Shown here: piece by piece, positions 1-8,684 of the stretch
Layout of the letters: every line of letters begins with the position of its first letter
Position numbering within the stretch: position 1 is the first letter of the stretch
Position numbers and translations under genes: made by a program
Notes under the pieces: generated by a model
What the model saw: only the letters and a program-made list of their open reading frames with translations
Databases searched by the model: none
Told to the model about the DNA's origin: nothing
NCBI GenBank assembly: GCA_027315165.1
Contig: DAHUYN010000003.1
Location: forward strand, 27,990-91,989
Length of the DNA stretch: 64,000 nt
From: Thermoplasmata archaeon
GTDB taxonomy: Archaea > Thermoplasmatota > Thermoplasmata > Lutacidiplasmatales > UBA184
Direction: 5' to 3'

Positions 1-1
1 C

Positions 2-163
2 ACGATCGAGTGGGACCAGACCGACGACACGCTCTGGGCCACCTCGATGACGGGACCGCCGGTGAACGGCCACCTGGACACGCTCACGGGCGACTACGGC
101 GTCGGCACCTCGACGCAGTTGTCCAAGCAGCAGAAGGTCCCGCTCTGCAACTTCCCCACGTAG
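2..163 (+). CDS. C-terminal fragment of a Rieske iron-sulfur protein (SoxL-like), truncated by the window edge
   Basis: Frame 2 reads TIEWDQTDDTLWATSMTGPPVNGH...PLCNFPT-TAG, resembling archaeal Rieske C-termini; lies 10 bp upstream of cytochrome b. Fe-S motifs are outside the window. Confidence 0.65.
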   Translation, partial: TIEWDQTDDTLWATSMTGPPVNGHLDTLTGDYGVGTSTQLSKQQKVPLCNFPT

Positions 164-173
164 GTCGGTCGAG

Positions 174-1544
174 ATGGCGTTCGAGCGTTGGTTCAATCGC
201 ACCCTCAACCGGCTCTGGGGGTTCGTCGAGGACCGCTCGGGCATGCCCAAGTGGGCGCTCCGGCCGCAGCCCGAGTTCACGTTCAAGCCGTCGTACTGGA
301 CGGGGGCCTTCGTCGTCAACGCCTTCCTCTACCAGGTGGTCTCCGGGCTCCTCCTGCTGCTCTACTACCAGCCGAGCGTCAACCCCACCTACACCGCCTG
401 CGGCCAGGCGGTCGGGACGCTCTCCGCCGCGCCGGCGGCCTGGTGCTCGACCTACTACATCCTCCACTCCGTGCCGATGGGCTCGCTCCTCCTCTCGAGC
501 CACCTCTACGGCGCCTACGCGATGATCTTCCTGGCGATCGTCCACTTCTACCGGGGCTACTACCTCGGCGTCTACAAGGCGCCGCGCGAGTTCAGCTGGA
601 TGGTCGGCACGCTCCTCCTGCTCGCGACGCTCGGCATGGGTTTCACGGGATACCTCCTCCCGTACACGCAGCTCGCCTCGAACGCGACGAACGTCGGGCT
701 CGTGCTCGCGCTGAGGCTGCCGTACGCGGGTCCGCTCCTGGGTCCCTTCATCCTCGCCGACGGGACGAGCCAGGGCCTGCTGTCGCGGATGTTCGCCGCG
801 CACGTCCTCCTGATCCCGCTCGCGCTCGGCGCGCTCTTGTACGCGCACATCGCGCTGTTCGAGTCGCACGGCATCGCCCCGCCCGCGACCTCGGACCCGA
901 CCCAGCGCCGTCGGTTCACCCACGCCGAGGACAAGAAGAACGTCCCGTTCATGCCCCACATCTTCTTTTACATGACCAAGTGGGCCCTGCTCTACGTCGG
1001 GCTCCTCCTCGGCATCGCCGCCCTCTGGCCCTGGGAGCTCCCCACCTACGTCGGCAACCTCGCGGCGACCGGGGTCGTTACCGAGCCCGATTGGTACTTC
1101 CTCTGGACGTTCAAGCTCGTGGACTTCCAGGGCGTCACGCCCGTGCTCGCGGTCGGGATCACGAACGTGATCCTGCTGTTCATCCTCTTCCTGCCGTTCC
1201 TGGACCGGTCCAAGCGCACACACCCCCGGGACCGGCCCGTCTTCCTGATCCTCGGCAACTGCCTGATGGGATTCTTCCTGATGCTGTCGGTCTGGGGCGG
1301 CCTCACCCCCGGGGTCCAGATCAGCCCGGACCAGGTGGCGCTCCGTCTCGTGCCCATCTTCGTCGTCAACGCCGTCGTCGTCGCGCTGTTCTACTGGCGC
1401 TACAAGCGCAACTACCTCCACCGGCTCGCGGCCGCCGGCAAGGCCGAGGTGCGACCGGGGGCCTATCCGCTCCCGACCTCGCCCGCCGTGAGTGCGGCGC
1501 CGGCGCTCTCGGCCGCGACCCCGGACGGAGGCCCTCGTGACTGA
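174..1544 (+). CDS. Cytochrome b of a Rieske/cytochrome b complex
   Basis: Heme His pairs (SHLYGAYAMIFLAIVH; AHVLLIPLALGALLYAH), YKAPREFSW, GFTGYLLP, Qo motif PDWYF, PFLDRS. Confidence 0.95.
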   Translation: MAFERWFNRTLNRLWGFVEDRSGMPKWALRPQPEFTFKPSYWTGAFVVNAFLYQVVSGLLLLLYYQPSVNPTYTACGQAVGTLSAAPAAWCSTYYILHSVPMGSLLLSSHLYGAYAMIFLAIVHFYRGYYLGVYKAPREFSWMVGTLLLLATLGMGFTGYLLPYTQLASNATNVGLVLALRLPYAGPLLGPFILADGTSQGLLSRMFAAHVLLIPLALGALLYAHIALFESHGIAPPATSDPTQRRRFTHAEDKKNVPFMPHIFFYMTKWALLYVGLLLGIAALWPWELPTYVGNLAATGVVTEPDWYFLWTFKLVDFQGVTPVLAVGITNVILLFILFLPFLDRSKRTHPRDRPVFLILGNCLMGFFLMLSVWGGLTPGVQISPDQVALRLVPIFVVNAVVVALFYWRYKRNYLHRLAAAGKAEVRPGAYPLPTSPAVSAAPALSAATPDGGPRD

Positions 1545-1803
1545 GCCGACCGAGGCGCCCCACTACCGGACGGGGGCGCTCTGGGGGATCCTCGCCCTGC
1601 TCCTCCTCCTCGGCACCGTCGCCGCGGCGTTCTTCGTCTACGGGGTCACGGAGTTGTGGTTCACGCGTCGCTGGGTCGACCTCTTGGCGATCGGGGGCGG
1701 CGCCGTCGTCGCCGTGCTGATGCTGCTGCTCCTCGTCGGGCTTTTGTACAAGGTCGACCGGCTCCGAGGCGTTCCGCACCGGGAGGTACGGCTCTTTGAG
1801 TAG
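1537..1803 (+). CDS. Small two-helix membrane protein in the respiratory operon
   Basis: GTG start overlapping cytochrome b end; two hydrophobic segments; overlaps next gene. Confidence 0.75.
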   Translation: MTEPTEAPHYRTGALWGILALLLLLGTVAAAFFVYGVTELWFTRRWVDLLAIGGGAVVAVLMLLLLVGLLYKVDRLRGVPHREVRLFE

Positions 1804-2167
1804 CGCGTTGGGCGAGGCGGAGCTCCTCCGGATCCAGGACCGGGCGCTCTCGCTCTACTACGCGGCGATGATCCTGATGCTCCTGGGGATCGGCGTCCTC
1901 GGGCTCTACTGCTACCGCCTGGGGCCGCTCACGAGCCCGGGCGCGGAGCAGTCGTTCGGGTTCGCCGTGTCGCTGATGTTCCTGATGGGAGCGCTCGTGA
2001 TCCACCTGGTCGACCGGACGTACCGGGTGTGGCCGCTCGGGCGCCGGTTCCGGCCGACGGCCCCGGGCCCGGTGACCGACCGCGCCTGGTCCGTCGCGCT
2101 CGCCGTGCTGATCCTCGTCATTGCGGGCGGAGCGATCGCCTGGATCCTCGGAGGGCTGCTCGCCTAG
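1796..2167 (+). CDS. Small three-helix membrane protein in the respiratory operon
   Basis: 123 aa, three hydrophobic segments, between cytochrome b and oxidase subunit I. Confidence 0.75.
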   Translation: MSSALGEAELLRIQDRALSLYYAAMILMLLGIGVLGLYCYRLGPLTSPGAEQSFGFAVSLMFLMGALVIHLVDRTYRVWPLGRRFRPTAPGPVTDRAWSVALAVLILVIAGGAIAWILGGLLA

Positions 2168-2180
2168 GGCGGAGGGATCG

Positions 2181-3857
2181 ATGTCGGACCTGACCGTGCC
2201 GTTCCTGGAGATCGCCATCATCGTCGGGCTGGCGGGGTTCTTCCTCGCCGTCGTCGGTTCGCGAGGACAGTGGCTCGTCGCGAAGATGCGACTCTACCTG
2301 TTCACGACGGACCACAAGCGCATCGGGCTGATGTACCTCACGACCGCCTTCGTGATGTTCTTCATCGGCGGGATCTACGCCTCGTTGATCCGCACCGACC
2401 TCGGGTTCGTCCAGGGGCTCGGCCTCGACCCGCAGACGACGCTCGGCATCACGCCGGACGTCTACTCGACCCTCTTCACGATGCACGGCGTGATGATGAT
2501 CTTCCTGTTCGTGATGCCGGCGCTCGCCGGCTTCGGGAACTACCTCATCCCGTCGATGATCGGCGCCAAGGAGATGGCGCTCCCTCGCATCAACGCCATC
2601 GCCTTCTGGATGATCCCGCCCGCCGCGGTCCTCCTCATCCTCTCGAACGCGAACGCGGGCTGGACCGGCTACGTCCCGCTCTCGGTCCAGCCCTACGGTC
2701 CCAACCCGCACGCCATCGACATCTGGATCACGGGGATCCACATCCTCTCGATCTCCTCGATGCTCGGGGCGATCAACTTCCTCGTCACGATCATCAAGCA
2801 CCGGGCGCCCGGGGTCCGGTACTGGAACATGCCGCTCTTCGTCTGGGCGACGTTCATCAACTCGGTCCTCCTCATCTTCGCGCTCCCGTCCCTCTCGATC
2901 GCGCTGACCTTCGTGCTCTCGGACCGGAACTTCGGGACCCACATCCTCGCGGCCTCGAACGGCACGCCGCTCGGCGGGGCGCTGCTCTACCAGAACATGT
3001 TCTGGTTCTTCGCGCACCCCGAGGTCTACATCCTCGTGCTGCCCGCGTTCGGTCTCGTCTCGACGATCCTCCCGAAGCTGGCCCGAAAGGACATCTTCGG
3101 CTACGGGGCCATGGCGATCGCCCTCGGCGTCTTCGCGGTGCTCTCCTTCGCGGTGTGGGAACACCACATGTTCGTCACGGGGATCTCGACGAACATCCGC
3201 TTCGTCTTCATGCTCACGACGATGGCGATCGCCGTCCCCTCGGCGGTGAAGACGTTCAACTGGGTGGCGACGCTCTGGGGCGGCCGCATCTGGATGGCGA
3301 TCCCGATGTGGTTCTGCGTCGCGTTCATCACCGGCTTTGTCATCGGAGGGCTCTCGGGGCTGTTCCTCGCCTCCGTGCCGGTCGACTACCTCTACCACGC
3401 GACCTACTTCGTGGTCGCGCACTTCCACTACATCATCCTCGGCGGGACGATGATGGCGCTCTTCGCGGGGATCTACTTCTACTACCCCGTCTGGACCGGC
3501 CGCTGGTACAACCAGCGCCTCGCCCAGGTCCACTTCGTCCTGACCTACGTCGGCGTGAACCTGCTCCTGTTCCCGATGTACCTCCTCGGGGCCGAGGGGA
3601 TGCCGCGGCGCGTCTACACCTACCTGCCGACGGCGAACTTCGAGTTCCTCAACTTCCTGAGCTCCATCGGCGCGGCGATCCTCGGGATCGGCCAGCTCGT
3701 CTTCGCGTTCAACATGGTCTACAGCTACTACACGGGCCTCAAGGTCGTCGGCGACCCGTGGGGGGAGCCGGCCCCGACGCAGATGCTCGGGCCCGCCAAG
3801 CCGAGGCCGAGCCCGGTCTCCGTCCCGGTCGCCGCGGAGCCGAAGGGCTCCGCCTAG
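2181..3857 (+). CDS. Heme-copper oxidase subunit I (A-family)
   Basis: [44 protein letters not shown] at 2181 preceded by GGAGGG. Confidence 0.97.
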   Translation: MSDLTVPFLEIAIIVGLAGFFLAVVGSRGQWLVAKMRLYLFTTDHKRIGLMYLTTAFVMFFIGGIYASLIRTDLGFVQGLGLDPQTTLGITPDVYSTLFTMHGVMMIFLFVMPALAGFGNYLIPSMIGAKEMALPRINAIAFWMIPPAAVLLILSNANAGWTGYVPLSVQPYGPNPHAIDIWITGIHILSISSMLGAINFLVTIIKHRAPGVRYWNMPLFVWATFINSVLLIFALPSLSIALTFVLSDRNFGTHILAASNGTPLGGALLYQNMFWFFAHPEVYILVLPAFGLVSTILPKLARKDIFGYGAMAIALGVFAVLSFAVWEHHMFVTGISTNIRFVFMLTTMAIAVPSAVKTFNWVATLWGGRIWMAIPMWFCVAFITGFVIGGLSGLFLASVPVDYLYHATYFVVAHFHYIILGGTMMALFAGIYFYYPVWTGRWYNQRLAQVHFVLTYVGVNLLLFPMYLLGAEGMPRRVYTYLPTANFEFLNFLSSIGAAILGIGQLVFAFNMVYSYYTGLKVVGDPWGEPAPTQMLGPAKPRPSPVSVPVAAEPKGSA

Positions 3858-3867
3858 GGGGGTTCCG

Positions 3868-4434
3868 ATGCAGGGGCACCGACTCTATCGGTACGCGGTC
3901 GTCCTGGCCGTGCTCGTCTGCTACGCGACGATCCTGATCGGCGGCAATGTCATGGCGAGCGACTCGGGCCTCGCCTGCCCCGACTGGCCGAGCTGCCACG
4001 GGACCTTCACGCCGCCGCTGAGCGGCGGGAGCGGCATCGAGTGGGCGCACCGGCTGAGCGCCCTCGTGCTCTCGCTCGTGATCGGCGCGATGACGGCCCT
4101 GGCCCTCCTCTTCGAGCGGAGCCGGCCCGTCCTCGTGCGCCTGAGCGGCGCGGCCGCCGCGCTCGTGCTCGCCCAGGCGCTCCTGGGCGGGCTCGTCGTC
4201 GAGTCCGACCTCACGGTCGGGCTCGTGCTCGCGCACCTCGCGCTCGCGACGGCGCTGTTCGCGCTCCTCCTCGTCCTCGCGCTCCTCGCGAACTTCCGGG
4301 AGGTCCCGCGGCGCTGGATCGAGTTCGCCTGGCGCGCCTCCGAGGCCGCGCCGGTCCCGGTCGGCCCGTCCCCGGTCCCCTCCTCGCCGACCCCGCCGGT
4401 GCCGCTCGGCCCCGAGCGCACGGGCGAACCGTAG
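3868..4434 (+). CDS. ctaA: Heme A synthase, short half-size form
   Basis: SGLACPDWPSC, IEWAHR, LAHL motifs; four TM segments; 188 aa. Confidence 0.9.
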   Translation: MQGHRLYRYAVVLAVLVCYATILIGGNVMASDSGLACPDWPSCHGTFTPPLSGGSGIEWAHRLSALVLSLVIGAMTALALLFERSRPVLVRLSGAAAALVLAQALLGGLVVESDLTVGLVLAHLALATALFALLLVLALLANFREVPRRWIEFAWRASEAAPVPVGPSPVPSSPTPPVPLGPERTGEP

Positions 4435-4461
4435 CGGCGCCCACCCCCGGGTTATCTACGA

Positions 4462-5394
4462 GTGACCGCTCCGACCGCCGTGCCGGCCTCTAGGCCCGAG
4501 CGCGAGCCTCCCTCGCTCTCCCGAGACCTCGTGACGCTCACGAAGCCCGGGATCACGGCCCTCATCGTCCTCGTCGCGGTCGCGGGGTACTTCCTCGCGC
4601 GCCCGACGTCGCCCGACCTCGTGCGCCTCGGCCTCCTCGTCGTCTCGGGGGCCCTCGCGAGCGCGGGGGCCGCCGCGCTGAACCACTACCTCGACCGGGA
4701 CGTCGACGCGGCGATGCGGCGGACCCGAGGCCGCCCCGTCCCGGAGGCCCGGGTCTCGCCGACGGGCTCGCTCGTCTTCGGCCTGGCTCTCTTCGCGGTC
4801 GGGGTCGCGCTCGCGGCGGTGACGCTCAACCTGCTCACCTCGGCGTCGATCCTGCTGGGCGGCCTCACCTACGTCGTCGTCTACACGCTCTGGTTGAAGC
4901 GTCGCTCGAGCTGGAACATCGTCGTCGGAGGTTTCGCGGGCAGCGCCCCGGCGCTCGCCGGGAGCGCGGCCGCGGTCGGGTCCTGGACCCCCGCGGTCCT
5001 CGTCCTCGCGCTGCTCGTCTTTCTCTGGACGCCGCCGCACTTCTGGAGTCTCGCCCTGCTCCTGCGCCGCGACTATGCGGCCGCCGGCCTTCCGATGCTC
5101 CCTCGCATGGACGACCCCGGTTTCTCCGGAAAGGTCGTCGTCGTCTCCGCGAGCCTCCTCGTGCCGCCCTCGCTCGGCCTCGCCGCCACCGGCGCGGTCG
5201 CGTGGCCCGTCTCCGCCGTGCTCGTCGCGCTCGCGGTCGCCTTCGTCGGCGTGACGCTCCCGTTGTGGCGCGAGCCGAGCTCGAAACGGGCGCGGCGCGG
5301 CTTCCTCTACTCGGGCCCCTACCTGCTCGCGGTTGTCGTCGTGCTCGTCCTCAACGCCTGGCTCCTCTCGCGCGGCGTGGGCACGGGCTGGTAG
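4462..5394 (+). CDS. cyoE: Protoheme IX farnesyltransferase (heme O synthase)
   Basis: LTKPGI, NHYLDRDVDAAMRRTRGRP, YTLWLKR, WTPPHFW. Confidence 0.96.
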   Translation: MTAPTAVPASRPEREPPSLSRDLVTLTKPGITALIVLVAVAGYFLARPTSPDLVRLGLLVVSGALASAGAAALNHYLDRDVDAAMRRTRGRPVPEARVSPTGSLVFGLALFAVGVALAAVTLNLLTSASILLGGLTYVVVYTLWLKRRSSWNIVVGGFAGSAPALAGSAAAVGSWTPAVLVLALLVFLWTPPHFWSLALLLRRDYAAAGLPMLPRMDDPGFSGKVVVVSASLLVPPSLGLAATGAVAWPVSAVLVALAVAFVGVTLPLWREPSSKRARRGFLYSGPYLLAVVVVLVLNAWLLSRGVGTGW

Positions 5395-5452
5395 GCCCCG
5401 GACGCCCCGGAAGGGCGATGGCGTTATGCGGCGCCCCCGTCTGGCTCGCCCG

Positions 5453-6163
5453 ATGTCCCGCCCCGAGGCGCTTCCGTCGGCGACGACCGCCGTTCCCGAC
5501 CGCCTCCGGCGCGCCGAAGCGGCCCTGAAGCGCCTCGGCTTCGCCCGGATCGCGGCGGCGAAGCGCGGGGCGCTCGCCCCACCGGACTTCTGGGTCCAGG
5601 AGGCCGGCGTCCCGCGGCGGACGTTCCCGGTCTACCTCCTGTCCCCGGCCGCGCGACCCGCGGGCGAGAGCCCCGTGGCGTCCCCTCCCGCCCCGCCGGT
5701 CCCGGCGCGGGCGATCGTCGTCGTTGACGGCGAAGGGGCCGCCGAGCAGGCATGGCGCTCGATGCGCGAGGCCGCGCACGACCCGGCGGCGGAGGTCTCC
5801 GTGCTCGTGCTGCCGTCCACGACGGCGCCGACCGAGGAGGCCCGGTGGCATCTCGGCACCGTCCCGCCGCGAGAGCTCCTCAAGCTCACCACGGGGATCG
5901 TCGTCGGGCTCTTCCAGCGGGCCGCCCAGGAGGAGGGCTCCGCACAGATCGATTTCGGCGAGATGCTCCAGCTCCTCCGACAGCGCTTCGGCGTCGACGT
6001 CCACCGTTCCCTTGGCGTCGACTCGGACGAGGACGCGCTGTTCCTCCTCTACCAGCTCGCCCAGCGGGACGCCTACGCGCCGGGCGAGAGCGGGACGAGC
6101 CTGCACTCGTTGGTCCTCAAGCCGACCGGGCCGGCGGCCCGCCTCCCCTGGTTCGCCGCCTAA
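5453..6163 (+). CDS. Hypothetical protein
   Basis: Host-like codon usage; GTTATG box about 30 bp upstream of ATG 5453; no family recognised. Confidence 0.7.
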   Translation: MSRPEALPSATTAVPDRLRRAEAALKRLGFARIAAAKRGALAPPDFWVQEAGVPRRTFPVYLLSPAARPAGESPVASPPAPPVPARAIVVVDGEGAAEQAWRSMREAAHDPAAEVSVLVLPSTTAPTEEARWHLGTVPPRELLKLTTGIVVGLFQRAAQEEGSAQIDFGEMLQLLRQRFGVDVHRSLGVDSDEDALFLLYQLAQRDAYAPGESGTSLHSLVLKPTGPAARLPWFAA

Positions 6164-6214
6164 GCGCGCCGTCGAACCGAAGCCATAAGAACCCTCGTGC
6201 GGCGTGTAGGGGCG

Positions 6215-6397
6215 ATGGCCGATGCCGCCGAGAGCTGGCAGACCCCGTACACGAGCCTTCCCGGCAGTTCGACGCCGCCACCCGAGACGAACCCCAAGGA
6301 GGGCGTACGGGACCTCTGGGCGTTCTTCTGGCTCTCGGTCGCGAACACGCTGATCATCGCCGTCGCGGGCCTGGCGGCGTGGTTCTGGGTCCACTGA
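6215..6397 (+). CDS. Small single-pass membrane protein
   Basis: 60 aa with C-terminal hydrophobic helix; CCATAAG box about 30 bp upstream. Confidence 0.7.
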   Translation: MADAAESWQTPYTSLPGSSTPPPETNPKEGVRDLWAFFWLSVANTLIIAVAGLAAWFWVH

Positions 6398-6460
6398 ACC
6401 TTCGCCACCGGGGCAACGGTTATCTTCCCGACCCGGGTCGGCGGGCTCGGTACACCCGGT

Positions 6461-6535
6461 GGGGCCGTGGGGTAGCTTGGACCATCCTTCTTGCTTGGGG
6501 TGCAAGAGACTCCGATTCAAATTCGGACGGCCCCA
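6461..6535 (+). tRNA. tRNA-Pro (anticodon GGG), no intron, CCA not encoded
   Basis: Acceptor stem GGGGCCG/CGGCCCC, anticodon stem CTTGC/GCAAG with loop TTGGGGT, T arm TCCGA-TTCAAAT-TCGGA. Confidence 0.95.
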
Positions 6536-6569
6536 TTCCCGGCGCCGCGCACGTCGGTCGTGCGCGAGG

Positions 6570-6788
6570 CTAGCTCGTGTGGGCCGAACGGTTGTGGCGA
6601 GCGAGCGCCGAGGTCGTCGGGAACGTGCGACGACAGAGCGAGCACCGCACCGGCTTGGCGGCCTTCGGGGCCGCCTCCGTTACCGCGTGGGACTCGGCGA
6701 CGTGGGCGCGGAGCGCCTCCTCCGAACGGAACAGACGGCCGCACTCGGGACAGGCCGCCTCGACCTCGTCGTATTCGACGTAGGGCAC
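6570..6788 (-). CDS. Tandem C2H2 zinc-finger protein
   Basis: CPECGRLFRSEEALRAHVAESH and CSLCRRTFPTTSALARHNRSAH. Confidence 0.85.
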   Translation of the reverse strand: MPYVEYDEVEAACPECGRLFRSEEALRAHVAESHAVTEAAPKAAKPVRCSLCRRTFPTTSALARHNRSAHTS

Positions 6789-6849
6789 GGATACCGGTAG
6801 GGCCCTCGGCGCAAAGTCGCTTTCGTTCGTCCGGTCGGCCGGCGTGGCG

Positions 6850-7263
6850 CTACCGCGAGAGCTCTAGGAGCCGCTGGCTCAACCGTCGGAGACGCTCCCG
6901 CTCCGCTCCGAGCGCCCCTCGGCCGCCCTTGGCGAGGTCCTCGAGGTACGTGGTGTAGTTCGTGAGCTCGTCGACGACCTCGCGGGCGCCCCGAGGACTT
7001 CCCCCTCCGAGCCAGCCGCCCGCGAAGGAGGTCTCGTCGCGCCCGCGCTCGGTGAGCTCGTAGCGGCCGTCCTCGCGCCGCTGCACGAGACCGTCGTGCG
7101 CGAGATCCTCGAGGACGGGATAGACCGAGCCGGGGGACGGGCGCCACCAGCCCTGGCTCATCGCCTCCATCGCGTCCATGATCTCCGCGCCGTTCTTCGG
7201 TCCACGGACGAGCAGGTAGAGCGCCCAGTGTCGAAGTCCCCGTCGCTTGCCGAAGCCGAACAT
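6850..7263 (-). CDS. PadR family transcriptional regulator
   Basis: GPKNGAEIM, WRPSPGSVYPVL, YELTERG; start placed at ATG 7263. Confidence 0.92.
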   Translation of the reverse strand: MFGFGKRRGLRHWALYLLVRGPKNGAEIMDAMEAMSQGWWRPSPGSVYPVLEDLAHDGLVQRREDGRYELTERGRDETSFAGGWLGGGSPRGAREVVDELTNYTTYLEDLAKGGRGALGAERERLRRLSQRLLELSR

Positions 7264-7265
7264 CG

Positions 7266-7290
7266 TTCCGATATCGGAATTTCGATATCG
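7266..7290. promoter_or_regulatory. Putative PadR operator: two CGATATCG palindromes
   Basis: Perfect palindrome TTCCGATATCGGAA at 7266-7279 and a second CGATATCG at 7283-7290, immediately upstream of padR. Confidence 0.6.
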
Positions 7291-7367
7291 TATTTGAGCG
7301 CGTCGCCCCGACCCGGCCGCGCTCCGACGCGGCGGAACCTCTTGTGGTCGCGGCGTGTTCGAGGGGC

Positions 7368-7988
7368 GTGGGGCGGCGGTTCCTGCAACAGCGTCGACGA
7401 GACCCGTACTATCGGGCCGCACAGGATCAGGGGCTCCGCTCGCGCGCGTCGTTCAAGCTCGCGGACCTGGGTCGCCGGTTCCCGTTGTTCCACGTCGGCG
7501 ACGCGGTGCTCGACCTCGGCGCCGCGCCGGGCGGCTGGTCGATCGTGGCGCGAGAGTGCGTCGGCGCCCGCGGACGGGTCGTCGCCGTCGACCCGAGGAG
7601 CGTCGAGCCCCTCGAGGGCGTCGAGGTCGTCCGCGGGACCGTCGGGGACCCACGGCTCGTCGCCCGCCTCGGGGCCGAGCCGTTCGACGTCGTCCTCTCC
7701 GACATGTCGCCGAGGATCAGCGGCGCCTACGCGACGGACCAGGCGCGGAGCGTCGACCTCGCCCGTCTCGCCTTCGTGCTCGCGCGCGAGGTCCTTCGGG
7801 ACGGCGGGGTCTTCGTCGCGAAGGTCTTCGCGGGGGACCTCCTCGGCGAGCTCGAGTCCGAGATGCGCCCCGCGTTCGAGCGGCTCGTCCGCACGAAGCC
7901 GCCGGCCTCACGACAGCAGTCGTCCGAGCTCTACCTGATCGGGCTCGGCTACCGACGGGGCGGTCCTCCCGCGGAGAGAGCGCCGTGA
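7368..7988 (+). CDS. rlmE: 23S rRNA 2'-O-methyltransferase RlmE/FtsJ
   Basis: RSRASFKL, LDLGAAPGGW, VVLSDMSP, KPPASRQQSSELY. Confidence 0.95.
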   Translation: MGRRFLQQRRRDPYYRAAQDQGLRSRASFKLADLGRRFPLFHVGDAVLDLGAAPGGWSIVARECVGARGRVVAVDPRSVEPLEGVEVVRGTVGDPRLVARLGAEPFDVVLSDMSPRISGAYATDQARSVDLARLAFVLAREVLRDGGVFVAKVFAGDLLGELESEMRPAFERLVRTKPPASRQQSSELYLIGLGYRRGGPPAERAP

Positions 7989-8638
7989 CGGCCTCTCGGG
8001 ACCTCCGACGCGCGCGCGAGGAGATGGTCGACCGCCTGCACCTCTCGGACCCTCGCGTCGAGGCCGCGATGCGCAAGGTCGCGCGCGACGCGTTCGTCCC
8101 GGCGCGATGGCTCTCGATCGCCTACGACGACACCCCGGTCCCGCTCACCGAGGAGGCGACGGTCTCGGCGCCGCACATGGTCGCGCTGCTCCTCGAGGCG
8201 CTCGACCCGCGCGAGGGCGACCATCTTCTCGAGATCGGCGCCGGCATGGGGTACCTCGCGGCGCTGCTCGCCGAGCTCGTCGGGCCTGCCGGGCGCGTCG
8301 ACGCGATCGAGATCGATCCCGGGCTCGCGAGCGAGGCGACGCAGCGGTTGGCGGCGCTCGGATACGACACGGTCGCACACGTCCGCGTCGGCGACGGCCA
8401 CGAAGGGCTCCCCGAGCAGGCCCCCTTTGACGGCATCGTCGTCTCCTGTGCGACGCCCGACCTCGCGCTCGCGTGGACCTCGGAGCTCAGAGAGGGGGGC
8501 CGGCTCGTCGCGCCGGTCGGGAGCACCTTCGAGCAGATCCTCGTGACCTACACGCGACACGGCCGCTCGGGCCGGGTCGTCCAAGGGGTCCCCTGTCGCT
8601 TTGTCCCCCTGCGGCGCGCCGGTACTCCGCATATATAG
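7985..8638 (+). CDS. pcm: Protein-L-isoaspartate O-methyltransferase
   Basis: TVSAPHMVA, LEIGAGMGY, GDGHEG, APFDGI, CRFVPL; GTGA coupling with rlmE. Confidence 0.93.
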   Translation: MTASRDLRRAREEMVDRLHLSDPRVEAAMRKVARDAFVPARWLSIAYDDTPVPLTEEATVSAPHMVALLLEALDPREGDHLLEIGAGMGYLAALLAELVGPAGRVDAIEIDPGLASEATQRLAALGYDTVAHVRVGDGHEGLPEQAPFDGIVVSCATPDLALAWTSELREGGRLVAPVGSTFEQILVTYTRHGRSGRVVQGVPCRFVPLRRAGTPHI

Positions 8639-8684
8639 ACCCGTAAACTACGGCGGGCCCGGCGTTTTTGGCGGTTGATTATTC

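Noticed and set aside
6461..7300. Possible integrated element at tRNA-Pro
   Set aside because: No integrase, no repeated tRNA 3' end and no compositional shift seen.
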